Assembly: GCF_988243305.1 (NCBI RefSeq)
Contig: NZ_OZ547136.1
DNA length: 64,000 bases
Direction: 5' to 3' (one strand)
Shown: piece by piece, positions 17,460 to 26,655 of the stretch
Layout of the letters: each line of letters opens with the position of its first letter
Numbering within the stretch: position 1 is the stretch's first letter
Notes under the pieces: generated by a model
What the model was told of the DNA's origin: nothing
The model's database searches: none
The model's input: the letters and a program-made list of their open reading frames with translations, nothing else
Program-made: the position numbers and the translations under genes

Positions 17460-19231
17460 TAGTAAAACTCCAGAATGGTGGATGTCAGCGGGGTGCTGAT
17501 ACCGGCGGTGAGTGGCTCATTTAACAGGGCGTGCATGGTCGCCCAGGCGAGATCGGCGTGGCTGGCTTCCTCGCTGCGGCTGGCCTCATAGGTGGCGCTG
17601 CGTCCGCTGCTGGTCATGGTCTTGCGGATAGCCATAAACGAGCTGGTGATGTCGGTGGCGCTGACGTCATATTCCAGACAGCCACGGCGAATAACGTCTT
17701 TTGCCTTGAGCACCATTGCGGTTTTCATTTCCGGCGTGTAGCGGATATCGCGTGCGGCGGGATAGAACGAGCGAACGAGCTGGAACACGCCGACACCGAG
17801 GCCGGTGGCATCAATTCCGATGTATTCGACGTTGTATTTTTCGGTGAGTTTGCGGATGGATTCAGCCTGGGTGGCAAAGTCCATGCCTTTCCACTGGTGA
17901 CGCTCAAGTATTCTGAATTTGCCACCGGCCACCACCGGCGGTGCCAGCACCACGCATCCGGCACTGTCGCCACGGTGTGACGGGTCGTAACCAATCCAGA
18001 CCGGGCGGGAGCCGAACGGATTCGCGGCAAACGGCGCATAGTCTTCCCATTCTTCCAGCGTGTCGACCATGCAGCGTTGCAGCTCCTCGAACGGGAACAC
18101 CGACGCCTTGTCGTCAACAAATTCACACATGAACAGGTTTTTAAAATCGTCGGCGCTGTTTTCGCGTTTAAGCTGCTCAATGTCGAACAGCGTGCAGCCA
18201 CCTTTCAGGGCGTCCTCAATGGTGACAATCTGCCGCCACTGACCGTCCGCACAGAGAAGCCCACCGGCAAGAGCGTTATGACTGACGTCGATTTCCACGC
18301 GTTCGGCGGCGCTGGCGCGTCCCCGGTTGAACAGTTCACCCGACCAGAACGGGTAGGCGTCGTGCGCCAGCGTGGACGGGGTGGAGAAATAGGTCGAGCG
18401 CAGGTGACTCTGTGAGGCCATACCTGATGCCACCTTACGCAGTACCTGAAAATTCGGTATCCAGAAAATCTCGTCGACGTACAGGTCGCCGTTATGGCTC
18501 TGCGCGGTGTTGGAGTTGGTGCCGAGAAAAATCAGTTTTGCGCCGTTATTGCCCAGGACAATTGGGTCACCGGTCAGGTCAACGTCAACCAGCCGGGCAA
18601 AGGCGATGATGTATTCGCGGAACACATACGCCTGCGTTTTACTGGCCGACAGAAAAATCTGGTTATGACCGGTTTTCAGGGCGCGCAGCAGCGCCTCGCG
18701 GGAAAAATAAAACGTCGCGCCAATCTGGCGGGATTTCAGGATATCGCGGATGCGGTGCTCAAGCCCTGCGCGATACCAGTGCAACTGATATTCGAAAGAC
18801 TGCTCAAAGAAAATCTGCTCCAGCTTTTCGATGGCCTCGTCACTGAAAAAATTCTTTTTCGGTTTGCGACGCCCGCCTTTGTTGCGGTTAGCGACGTTCG
18901 GATTAAAGTCTGCCTCGTTGCCGGTCTGACTGTAACGGTTGACCCGTGCCAGTCGTTCAATCTGGCGTCCGAGCAGGTCAATTTCCTTGAAGTCACCGCC
19001 GGTTTTCTGCGGTTTGATGATGAGCTGGGTCAGCCGCGCTTCCAGACTCATTTCGACACGGCTGATGGGGGCAACGCTGTCCCAGCCGTCGCGCTGTTTC
19101 CAGCTCTGCACCGTCGGGCGTTTCATCTGCAACATGGCGGCAATCTGCGGCACGGAAAATCCCTGCCAGTACAGCAGCGCCGCCTGACGACGCGGGTCGT
19201 GTAAAAGAGTGGTGTCTGTGGTGATGGTCAT
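17459..19231 (-). CDS. P: terminase large (ATPase) subunit
   Basis: Track ORF 17459..19261. The P2 gpP N-terminus MTITTDTTLLHDPRRQAALLYWQG starts at 19231, giving 590 aa. Confidence 0.93.
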   Translation of the reverse strand: MTITTDTTLLHDPRRQAALLYWQGFSVPQIAAMLQMKRPTVQSWKQRDGWDSVAPISRVEMSLEARLTQLIIKPQKTGGDFKEIDLLGRQIERLARVNRYSQTGNEADFNPNVANRNKGGRRKPKKNFFSDEAIEKLEQIFFEQSFEYQLHWYRAGLEHRIRDILKSRQIGATFYFSREALLRALKTGHNQIFLSASKTQAYVFREYIIAFARLVDVDLTGDPIVLGNNGAKLIFLGTNSNTAQSHNGDLYVDEIFWIPNFQVLRKVASGMASQSHLRSTYFSTPSTLAHDAYPFWSGELFNRGRASAAERVEIDVSHNALAGGLLCADGQWRQIVTIEDALKGGCTLFDIEQLKRENSADDFKNLFMCEFVDDKASVFPFEELQRCMVDTLEEWEDYAPFAANPFGSRPVWIGYDPSHRGDSAGCVVLAPPVVAGGKFRILERHQWKGMDFATQAESIRKLTEKYNVEYIGIDATGLGVGVFQLVRSFYPAARDIRYTPEMKTAMVLKAKDVIRRGCLEYDVSATDITSSFMAIRKTMTSSGRSATYEASRSEEASHADLAWATMHALLNEPLTAGISTPLTSTILEFY

Positions 19232-19404
19232 GAATACCTCGCCGTGATGAATACACGGCAAGGCTACTGAGTCGCGCCCCGCGATTCGCTAAGGTGCTGT
19301 TGTGTCAGTGATAAGCCATCCGGGACTGATGGCGGAGGATGCGCATCGTCGGGAAACTGATGCCGACATGTGACTCCTCTAATCACTATTCAGGACTCCT
19401 GACA

Positions 19405-20259
19405 ATGGCAAAAAAAGTCTCAAAATTCTTTCGTATCGGCGTAGAGGGTGACACCTGTGACGGGCGTGTCATCAGTGCGCAGGATATTCAGGAAATGGCC
19501 GAAACCTTTGACCCGCGAGTCTATGGTTGCCGCATTAACCTGGAACATCTGCGCGGCATCCTGCCTGACGGTATTTTTAAGCGTTATGGCGATGTGGCCG
19601 AACTGAAGGCCGAAAAGATTGACGATGATTCGGCGCTGAAAGGCAAATGGGCGCTGTTTGCGAAAATCACCCCGACCGATGACCTTATCGCGATGAACAA
19701 GGCCGCGCAGAAGGTCTATACCTCAATGGAAATTCAGCCGAACTTTGCCAATACCGGCAAATGTTATCTGGTGGGTCTGGCCGTCACCGATGACCCGGCA
19801 AGCCTCGGCACGGAATACCTGGAATTCTGCCGCACGGCAAAACACAACCCCCTGAACCGCTTCAAATTAAGCCCTGAAAACCTGATTTCAGTGGCAACGC
19901 CCGTTGAGCTGGAATTTGAAGACCTGCCTGAAACCGTGTTCACCGCCCTGACCGAAAAGGTGAAGTCCATTTTTGGCCGCAAACAGGCCAGCGATGACGC
20001 CCGTCTGAATGACGTGCATGAAGCGGTGACCGCTGTTGCTGAACATGTGCAGGAAAAACTGAGCGCCACTGAGCAGCGCCTCGCTGAGATGGAAACCGCT
20101 TTTTCCGCACTTAAGCAGGATGTGACTGACAGGGCGGATGAAACCAGCCAGGCATTCACCCGCCTGAAAAACAGTCTCGACCACACCGAAAGTCTGACCC
20201 AGCAGCGCCGCAGCAAGGCCACCGGTGGTGGCGGTGACGCCCTGATGACGAACTGCTGA
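19405..20259 (+). CDS. O: capsid scaffolding protein
   Basis: Track ORF 19339..20259. The start MAKKVSKFFRIGVEGDT at 19405 gives 284 aa, as for P2 gpO. Divergent from P. Confidence 0.92.
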   Translation: MAKKVSKFFRIGVEGDTCDGRVISAQDIQEMAETFDPRVYGCRINLEHLRGILPDGIFKRYGDVAELKAEKIDDDSALKGKWALFAKITPTDDLIAMNKAAQKVYTSMEIQPNFANTGKCYLVGLAVTDDPASLGTEYLEFCRTAKHNPLNRFKLSPENLISVATPVELEFEDLPETVFTALTEKVKSIFGRKQASDDARLNDVHEAVTAVAEHVQEKLSATEQRLAEMETAFSALKQDVTDRADETSQAFTRLKNSLDHTESLTQQRRSKATGGGGDALMTNC

Positions 20260-20317
20260 CCGGCGTCAGTCAGTCCGGGAAAACCTTCACGATTAACCCT
20301 TAATTTCAGGAAAAACT

Positions 20318-21391
20318 ATGCGCCAGGAAACCCGCTTTAAATTTAATGCCTACCTGTCCCGTGTTGCCGAACTGAACGGCATCGACGCCGGTGATGTGTC
20401 GAAAAAATTCACCGTTGAACCGTCGGTCACCCAGACCCTGATGAACACCATGCAGGAGTCCTCTGACTTTCTGACCCGCATCAACATTGTGCCGGTCAGC
20501 GAAATGAAAGGGGAAAAAATTGGCATCGGTGTCACCGGCTCCATCGCCAGCACCACCGACACCGCCGGTGGCACCGAGCGTCAGCCGAAGGACTTCTCGA
20601 AGCTGGCGTCAAACAAGTACGAATGCGACCAGATTAACTTCGATTTTTATATCCGCTACAAAACGCTGGACCTGTGGGCGCGTTATCAGGATTTCCAGCT
20701 CCGTGTCCGTAACGCCATTATCAAACGCCAGTCCCTTGATTTAATCATGGCCGGTTTTAACGGCGTGAGGCGTGCCGAAACCTCTGACCGCAGCAGCAAT
20801 CCGATGCTGCAGGATGTGGCGGTCGGCTGGCTGCAGAAATACCGCAATGAAGCCCCGGCGCGCGTGATGAGCAAGGTCACTGACGAGGAAGGACACACCA
20901 CCTCTGAGGTTATCCGCGTGGGTAAGGGCGGTGATTATGCCAGCCTTGACGCACTGGTGATGGATGCGACCAACAACCTGATTGAGCCGTGGTATCAGGA
21001 AGACCCTGACCTTGTGGTGATTGTGGGACGTCAGCTACTGGCGGACAAGTATTTTCCCATCGTCAACAAGGAGCAGGACAACAGCGAAATGCTGGCCGCT
21101 GACGTCATCATCAGCCAGAAACGCATCGGTAACCTGCCGGCGGTACGCGTCCCGTACTTTCCGGCGGATGCGATGCTCATCACAAAGCTGGAAAACCTGT
21201 CCATCTACTACATGGATGACAGCCATCGCCGCGTGATTGAGGAAAACCCGAAACTCGACCGCGTGGAGAACTACGAGTCAATGAACATTGATTACGTGGT
21301 GGAAGACTACGCCGCCGGTTGTCTGGTGGAAAAAATTAAGGTCGGTGATTTCTCCACACTGGCTAAAGCGACCGCAGAGCCGGGAGCGTAA
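20318..21391 (+). CDS. N: major capsid protein
   Basis: 357-aa track ORF at the position and length of P2 gpN. Confidence 0.93.
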   Translation: MRQETRFKFNAYLSRVAELNGIDAGDVSKKFTVEPSVTQTLMNTMQESSDFLTRINIVPVSEMKGEKIGIGVTGSIASTTDTAGGTERQPKDFSKLASNKYECDQINFDFYIRYKTLDLWARYQDFQLRVRNAIIKRQSLDLIMAGFNGVRRAETSDRSSNPMLQDVAVGWLQKYRNEAPARVMSKVTDEEGHTTSEVIRVGKGGDYASLDALVMDATNNLIEPWYQEDPDLVVIVGRQLLADKYFPIVNKEQDNSEMLAADVIISQKRIGNLPAVRVPYFPADAMLITKLENLSIYYMDDSHRRVIEENPKLDRVENYESMNIDYVVEDYAAGCLVEKIKVGDFSTLAKATAEPGA

Positions 21392-21394
21392 CCG

Positions 21395-22138
21395 ATGACG
21401 AGTCCCGCACAGCGCCACATGATGCGGGTCTCGGCAGCGATGACCGCGCAGCGGGAAGCCGCCCCGCTGCGACATGCAACTGTCTATGAGCAGATGCTGG
21501 TTAAGCTCGCCGCAGACCAGCGCACACTGAAAGCGATTTATTCAAAAGAGCTGAAGGCCGCGAAAAAACGCGAACTGCTGCCGTTCTGGTTGCCGTGGGT
21601 GAACGGCGTGCTGGAGCAGGGCAAAGGTGCACAGGATGACATTCTGATGACGGTCATGCTGTGGCGTCTGGATACCGGCGATATTGCCGGTGCGCTGGAG
21701 ATTGCCCGTTATGCCCTGAAGTACGGTCTGACCATGCCGGGTAAACACCGCCGTACCCCGCCGTACATGTTCACCGAGGAGGTAGCGCTCGCGGCCATGC
21801 GCGCTCACGCTGCCGGTGAGTCTGTGGATACCCGCCTGCTGACGGAGACCCTTGAACTGACCGCCACGGCTGACATGCCTGATGAAGTGCGCGCAAAGCT
21901 GCACAAAATCACCGGTCTGTTTCTGCGTGACGGTGGTGATGCCGCCGGTGCGCTGGCGCACCTGCAACGTGCGACACAGCTCGACTGTCAGGCAGGCGTC
22001 AAAAAAGAGATTGAACGACTGGAGCGGGAGCTGAAACCGAAGCCGGAGCCGCAGCCAAAAGCGGTCACCCGCGCCCTGCGTAAGACCCGGAGCGTGACAC
22101 CGGCAAAACGTGGACGCCCGAAAAAGAAAGCCAGTTAA
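21395..22138 (+). CDS. M: terminase small (endonuclease) subunit
   Basis: 247-aa track ORF at the position and length of P2 gpM. Basic C-terminal tail. Confidence 0.9.
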   Translation: MTSPAQRHMMRVSAAMTAQREAAPLRHATVYEQMLVKLAADQRTLKAIYSKELKAAKKRELLPFWLPWVNGVLEQGKGAQDDILMTVMLWRLDTGDIAGALEIARYALKYGLTMPGKHRRTPPYMFTEEVALAAMRAHAAGESVDTRLLTETLELTATADMPDEVRAKLHKITGLFLRDGGDAAGALAHLQRATQLDCQAGVKKEIERLERELKPKPEPQPKAVTRALRKTRSVTPAKRGRPKKKAS

Positions 22139-22237
22139 CAACCGAATGCGCCCCGCGCCAGGGCGGCACGCCGGTCAGTGAGGGTGAATCACCTGACACT
22201 GCACCGGCGTCCACCGCCCGACTTTTCAGAGGTAGTC

Positions 22238-22747
22238 ATGATGACGCTGATTATTCCGCGAAAGGAGGCTCCCGTGTCCGGTGAGGGTACGGTGGTCATC
22301 CCGCAACCGGCAGGCGACGAGCCGGTGATTAAAAACACGTTCTTTTTTCCCGATATCGACCCGAAGCGCGTCCGGGAACGTATGCGCCTTGAGCAGACCG
22401 TCGCCCCCGCCCGTCTGCGTGAGGCCATCAAGTCAGGCATGGCGGAGACGAATGCGGAGCTGTACGAGTACCGCGAACAGAAAATTGCTGCCGGTTTTAC
22501 GCGTCTGGCGGACGTCCCGGCGGACGACATCGACGGTGAAAGCATCAAAGTTTTTTACTACGAGCGCGCCGTGTGTGCGATGGCGACCGCATCGCTTTAT
22601 GAGCGTTATCGCGGCGTGGATGCCAGTGCGAAAGGCGACAAGAAGGCCGACAGCATTGACAGCACCATTGATGAGCTGTGGCGGGATATGCGCTGGGCGG
22701 TGGCGCGTATCCAGGACAAGCCGCGCTGCATCGTGAGTCAAATCTGA
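22238..22747 (+). CDS. L: head completion/stabilisation protein
   Basis: Track ORF 22178..22747. The P2 gpL start MMTLIIPRKEAPVSGEG at 22238 gives 169 aa. Confidence 0.9.
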   Translation: MMTLIIPRKEAPVSGEGTVVIPQPAGDEPVIKNTFFFPDIDPKRVRERMRLEQTVAPARLREAIKSGMAETNAELYEYREQKIAAGFTRLADVPADDIDGESIKVFYYERAVCAMATASLYERYRGVDASAKGDKKADSIDSTIDELWRDMRWAVARIQDKPRCIVSQI

Positions 22748-22950
22748 TGAAGACCTTTGCGCTACAGGGCGACACGCTCGACGCCATCTGTGTCCGGTAT
22801 TACGGGCGCACTGAGGGCGTGGTTGAGACCGTGCTCGCCGCAAATCCGGGACTGGCTGAACTGGGCGCGGTGCTGCCGCACGGCACCGCCGTCGAACTGC
22901 CCGACGTTCAGACCGCGCCCGTGGCTGAAACTGTCAATCTGTGGGAGTAA
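22747..22950 (+). CDS. X: tail protein X (LysM-like)
   Basis: Track ORF 22678..22950. The P2 gpX start MKTFALQGDTLDAICVRYYG at 22747 gives 67 aa. The ATGA overlaps the L stop. Confidence 0.9.
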   Translation: MKTFALQGDTLDAICVRYYGRTEGVVETVLAANPGLAELGAVLPHGTAVELPDVQTAPVAETVNLWE

Positions 22951-22953
22951 CGC

Positions 22954-23235
22954 ATGACAGCAGAAGAAAAAAGCGTCCTGTCGCTTTTCATGATTGGGGT
23001 GCTGATTGTTGTCGGCAAGGTGCTTGCCGGTGGTGAACCCATCACCCCGCGTCTGTTTATCGGGCGCATGTTGCTCGGTGGTTTTGTCTCGATGGTTGCC
23101 GGTGTTGTTCTGGTGCAGTTTCCTGACCTGTCACTGCCTGCGGTGTGCGGCATCGGCTCCATGCTGGGTATCGCCGGTTATCAGGTGATTGAGATTGCCA
23201 TTCAGCGCCGCTTTAAGGGCAGGGGGAAACCGTAA
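22954..23235 (+). CDS. Y: holin
   Basis: 93-aa track ORF with multiple TM helices, immediately upstream of the endolysin. Confidence 0.9.
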   Translation: MTAEEKSVLSLFMIGVLIVVGKVLAGGEPITPRLFIGRMLLGGFVSMVAGVVLVQFPDLSLPAVCGIGSMLGIAGYQVIEIAIQRRFKGRGKP

Positions 23236-23732
23236 TGCCGGTTATTAACACGCATCAGAATATCGCCGCCTTTCTCGACATGCTGGCCGTGTCCGAAGGG
23301 ACGGCAAACCATCCGCTGACGAAAAACCGGGGCTATGACGTGATAGTCACCGGACTGGACGGGAAGCCGGAAATTTTCACCGACTACAGTGACCACCCGT
23401 TCGCACATGGCCGACCGGCGAAGGTGTTTAACCGTCGCGGTGAAAAATCCACGGCCTCCGGTCGCTATCAGCAGCTTTACCTGTTCTGGCCGCATTACCG
23501 CAAACAGCTTGCCCTGCCGGATTTCAGTCCGTTGTCACAGGACAGACTTGCCATTCAGTTGATCCGCGAACGCGGTGCACTGGATGACATCCGGGCGGGA
23601 CGCATTGAGCGCGCCATTTCACGCTGTCGCAATATCTGGGCGTCCCTGCCGGGTGCCGGTTACGGTCAGCGTGAGCATTCACTGGAAAAACTGGTCACCG
23701 TCTGGCGTACCGCTGGCGGCGTACCGGCTTAA
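23235..23732 (+). CDS. K: endolysin (lambda-R-like transglycosylase/lysozyme fold)
   Basis: 165-aa track ORF with the catalytic-Glu context LDMLAVSEGT, at the P2 gpK position. Confidence 0.9.
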   Translation: MPVINTHQNIAAFLDMLAVSEGTANHPLTKNRGYDVIVTGLDGKPEIFTDYSDHPFAHGRPAKVFNRRGEKSTASGRYQQLYLFWPHYRKQLALPDFSPLSQDRLAIQLIRERGALDDIRAGRIERAISRCRNIWASLPGAGYGQREHSLEKLVTVWRTAGGVPA

Positions 23733-23746
23733 ACGGAGTAAACACC

Positions 23747-24172
23747 ATGAAGAAATTATCCCTTTCACTGATGCTGAACGTGTCGCTGGCGCTGATGCTG
23801 GCACTGTCCCTGATTTACCCGCAGAGCGTGGCCGTCAATTTTGTCGCCGCCTGGGCGATTCTGGCGACGGTTATCTGTGTGGTTGCCGGTGGTGTCGGCG
23901 TGTATGCCACTGAGTATGTGCTGGAACGCTACGGGCGGGAGCTGCCGCCGGAATCGCTGGCCGTGAAGATTGTCGCGTCGCTGTTTTTGCAGCCGGTGCC
24001 GTGGCGCAGACGGGCGGCGGCTCTGGTGGTGATGGTGGCGACGTTTATCTCGCTGGTCGCTGCCGGGTGGATTTTTACCGCGCTGATTTACCTCGTGGCG
24101 TCGGTGTTCTTCCGGTTGATACGCACGGCCTGTCGTCAGCGTTTTGAGGGGCGGGAACCATGTCAAAGCTGA
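23747..24172 (+). CDS. lysA: lysis timing membrane protein LysA
   Basis: 141-aa track ORF, strongly hydrophobic (4 TM), at the P2 lysA position. Confidence 0.85.
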   Translation: MKKLSLSLMLNVSLALMLALSLIYPQSVAVNFVAAWAILATVICVVAGGVGVYATEYVLERYGRELPPESLAVKIVASLFLQPVPWRRRAAALVVMVATFISLVAAGWIFTALIYLVASVFFRLIRTACRQRFEGREPCQS

Positions 24173-24585
24173 TGATTGTGCTGGTTGTGTTGTTATCACT
24201 GGCGGTGGCCGGTCTGTTTCTGGCGAAGCATGAAAACGCCAGCCTGCGCACCTCGCTGGACAGGGCGAACAACGTCGCCAGCGGGCAGCAGACGACCATC
24301 ACCATGCTGCAAAATCAGCTTCATGTTGCCATCACCAGGGCAGACAAAAACGAGCTGGCGCAGGTGGCACTGCGTCAGGAACTGGAGAACGCCGCGAAGC
24401 GTGAAGCACAGCGCGAGAAAACCATCACGAGGTTACTTAATGAAAACGAAGATTTTCGCCGCTGGTACGGTGCTGACCTGCCTGATGCTGTGCGCCGGTT
24501 GCACCAGCGCCCCGCCTGCACTGACGCCAGTGATTGTCGCCAACGCCTGCCCGAAAGTGAGCCTTTGCCCGATGCCGGGCAGTGA
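24160..24585 (+). CDS. lysB: i-spanin (Rz-like) LysB
   Basis: 141-aa track ORF with an N-terminal TM anchor, then a coiled-coil periplasmic domain. Confidence 0.85.
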   Translation: MSKLMIVLVVLLSLAVAGLFLAKHENASLRTSLDRANNVASGQQTTITMLQNQLHVAITRADKNELAQVALRQELENAAKREAQREKTITRLLNENEDFRRWYGADLPDAVRRLHQRPACTDASDCRQRLPESEPLPDAGQ

Positions 24586-24730
24586 CCCGCAGACGAACGG
24601 CGATTTAAGTGCCGATATCCGGCAGCTTGAGAACGCGCTGGCACGCTGTGCCAGCCAGGTAAAAATGATTAAACACTGTCAGGACGAAAACGATGCTCAA
24701 ACCCGACAGCCTGCGCAGGGCGCTGACTGA
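24440..24730 (+). CDS. lysC: o-spanin lipoprotein (Rz1-like) LysC, starting inside lysB in the +1 frame
   Basis: Internal ATG 24440 of the track ORF 24176..24730. MKTKIFAAGTVLTCLMLCAGC carries a lipobox (LCAG|C). 96 aa, Pro-rich. Overlaps the lysB 3' end and extends into R. Confidence 0.8.
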   Translation: MKTKIFAAGTVLTCLMLCAGCTSAPPALTPVIVANACPKVSLCPMPGSDPQTNGDLSADIRQLENALARCASQVKMIKHCQDENDAQTRQPAQGAD

Positions 24731-25160
24731 TGCCGTCACGGTGCTGAAAACTAACCCCGATATGTTGCGGATATTCGTGGATAACGGGAGTATTGCCTCC
24801 ACGCTGGCGACGTCGCTGTCATTCGAAAAACGTTACACGCTCAATGTGATTGTGACCGACTTTACCGGTGATTTTGACCTGCTCATCGTGCCGGTGCTGG
24901 CGTGGCTGCGGGAAAATCAGCCCGACATCATGACCACCGACGAAGGCCAGAAAAAGGGCTTCACGTTTTATGCGGACATCAACAATGACAGCAGCTTTGA
25001 TATCAGCATCAGCCTGATGCTGACCGAGCGCACGCTGGTCAGTGAGGTGGACGGCGCGCTGCATGTGAAGAATATCCCGGAACCCCCGCCGCCGGAGCCG
25101 GTCACCCGCCCGATGGAGCTTTATATCAATGGTGAACTGGTGAGTAAGTGGGATGAATGA
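24693..25160 (+). CDS. R: tail completion protein R
   Basis: 155-aa track ORF at the P2 gpR position and length. Confidence 0.88.
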   Translation: MLKPDSLRRALTDAVTVLKTNPDMLRIFVDNGSIASTLATSLSFEKRYTLNVIVTDFTGDFDLLIVPVLAWLRENQPDIMTTDEGQKKGFTFYADINNDSSFDISISLMLTERTLVSEVDGALHVKNIPEPPPPEPVTRPMELYINGELVSKWDE

Positions 25161-25605
25161 GTTTAAGCGTTTTGAAGACCGGCTGACCGGACTGATTGAG
25201 TCGCTGTCACCGTCAGGGCGTCGGCGACTGAGCGCCGAACTGGCGAAACGTCTGCGTCAGAGTCAGCAGCGCCGGGTGATGGCACAGAAAGCCCCGGACG
25301 GCACACCCTACGCACCACGCCAGCAGCAGAGCGCCAGAAAAAAGACCGGTCGCGTTAAGCGAAAAATGTTTGCGAAACTTATCACCAGTCGTTTTTTGCA
25401 TATCCGCGCCAGCCCGGAGCAGGCATCAATGGAGTTTTACGGCGGGAAGTCGCCGAAAATCGCCAGTGTGCATCAGTTCGGTCTGTCGGAAGAAAACCGG
25501 AAAGACGGTAAGAAAATTGATTATCCGGCGCGTCCTCTGCTCGGCTTTACCGGTGAGGATGTGCAGATGATTGAAGAGATTATCCTGGCTCACCTCGACC
25601 GTTAG
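25153..25605 (+). CDS. S: tail completion protein S
   Basis: 150-aa track ORF at the P2 gpS position and length. Confidence 0.88.
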   Translation: MNEFKRFEDRLTGLIESLSPSGRRRLSAELAKRLRQSQQRRVMAQKAPDGTPYAPRQQQSARKKTGRVKRKMFAKLITSRFLHIRASPEQASMEFYGGKSPKIASVHQFGLSEENRKDGKKIDYPARPLLGFTGEDVQMIEEIILAHLDR

Positions 25606-25671
25606 TTGTGCCATTCCCGACACCTCATCGTCACATTGCCGCCGGTATGACCCGGCGGCATCCTTCCCGTT

Positions 25672-26307
25672 ATGAACACTCTCGCAAATATTCAGGAACT
25701 CGCGCGCGCACTGCGCAATATGATTCGCACCGGCATTATCGTCGAAACCGACCTTAACGCCGGTCGCTGCCGTGTGCAGACCGGCGGCATGTGCACCGAC
25801 TGGCTTCAGTGGCTGACCCATCGCGCAGGACGTTCGCGCACATGGTGGGCACCTTCCGTGGGGGAACAGGTGCTGATTCTGGCCGTGGGTGGTGAACTCG
25901 ACACGGCGTTCGTTCTGCCGGGGATTTATTCCGGCGATAACCCCTCGCCGTCTGTGTCGGCGGATGCCCTGCATATCCGTTTCCCTGACGGGGCGGTGAT
26001 TGAGTATGAACCCGAAACCAGTGCACTCACGGTAAGCGGAATTAAAACGGCCAGCGTGACGGCTTCTGATTCTGTTACTGCCACGGTACCGGTGGTCACG
26101 GTGAAAGCGTCAACCCGTGTCACCCTGGACACACCGGAAGTGGTCTGCACTAACAAACTGACTACCGGCACGCTGGAAGTGCAGAAGGGCGGGACGATGC
26201 GCGGCAACATTGAACACACCGGCGGTGAACTCTCATCAAACGGTAAGGTACTGCATACCCACAAACACCCCGGCGACAGCGGCGGCACAACCGGGAGTCC
26301 TCTATGA
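25672..26307 (+). CDS. V: baseplate central spike protein V
   Basis: 211-aa track ORF at the P2 gpV position and length. Confidence 0.9.
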   Translation: MNTLANIQELARALRNMIRTGIIVETDLNAGRCRVQTGGMCTDWLQWLTHRAGRSRTWWAPSVGEQVLILAVGGELDTAFVLPGIYSGDNPSPSVSADALHIRFPDGAVIEYEPETSALTVSGIKTASVTASDSVTATVPVVTVKASTRVTLDTPEVVCTNKLTTGTLEVQKGGTMRGNIEHTGGELSSNGKVLHTHKHPGDSGGTTGSPL

Positions 26308-26651
26308 CAGCGCGTTATCTCGGAATGAATCGCAGTGATGGCCTGACGGTCACTGACCTTGAGCATATCAGCCAGAGTATCGGCGATATCCTGCGCACAC
26401 CGGTCGGCTCACGGGTGATGCGTCGTGATTACGGCTCGTTGCTGGCGTCAATGATTGACCAGCCGCAGACTCCGGCGCTTGAGTTGCAGATTAAGGTCGC
26501 CTGTTACATGGCAGTGCTGAAATGGGAACCCCGCGTCACCCTGTCATCCGTCACCACTGAGCGCAGTTTTGACGGGCGAATGACGGTCACGTTAACCGGC
26601 CAGCACAACGACACCGGCCAGCCACTTTCGTTAACCATCCCTGTGAGTTGA
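26304..26651 (+). CDS. W: baseplate wedge protein W (gp25-like)
   Basis: 115-aa track ORF at the P2 gpW position and length. Confidence 0.9.
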   Translation: MTARYLGMNRSDGLTVTDLEHISQSIGDILRTPVGSRVMRRDYGSLLASMIDQPQTPALELQIKVACYMAVLKWEPRVTLSSVTTERSFDGRMTVTLTGQHNDTGQPLSLTIPVS

Positions 26652-26655
26652 AATC

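Noticed and set aside
21542-22141. 199-aa minus-strand ORF opposite gene M, and many similar long antisense ORFs in the prophage late region (for example 22433..22843, 25426..25974, 27175..27786, 35317..36006, 36824..37393)
   Set aside because: This is the typical GC-rich shadow-ORF composition (Arg/Gly/Pro/His-rich). Each fully overlaps a well-supported P2 gene on the other strand, and none has a ribosome-binding site.
24176-24439. Upstream 88 codons of the 184-aa ORF in the +1 frame of lysB
   Set aside because: Only the part from ATG 24440 encodes a plausible lipoprotein (LysC). The upstream part is Cys/Trp/Arg-rich nonsense overlapping lysB.
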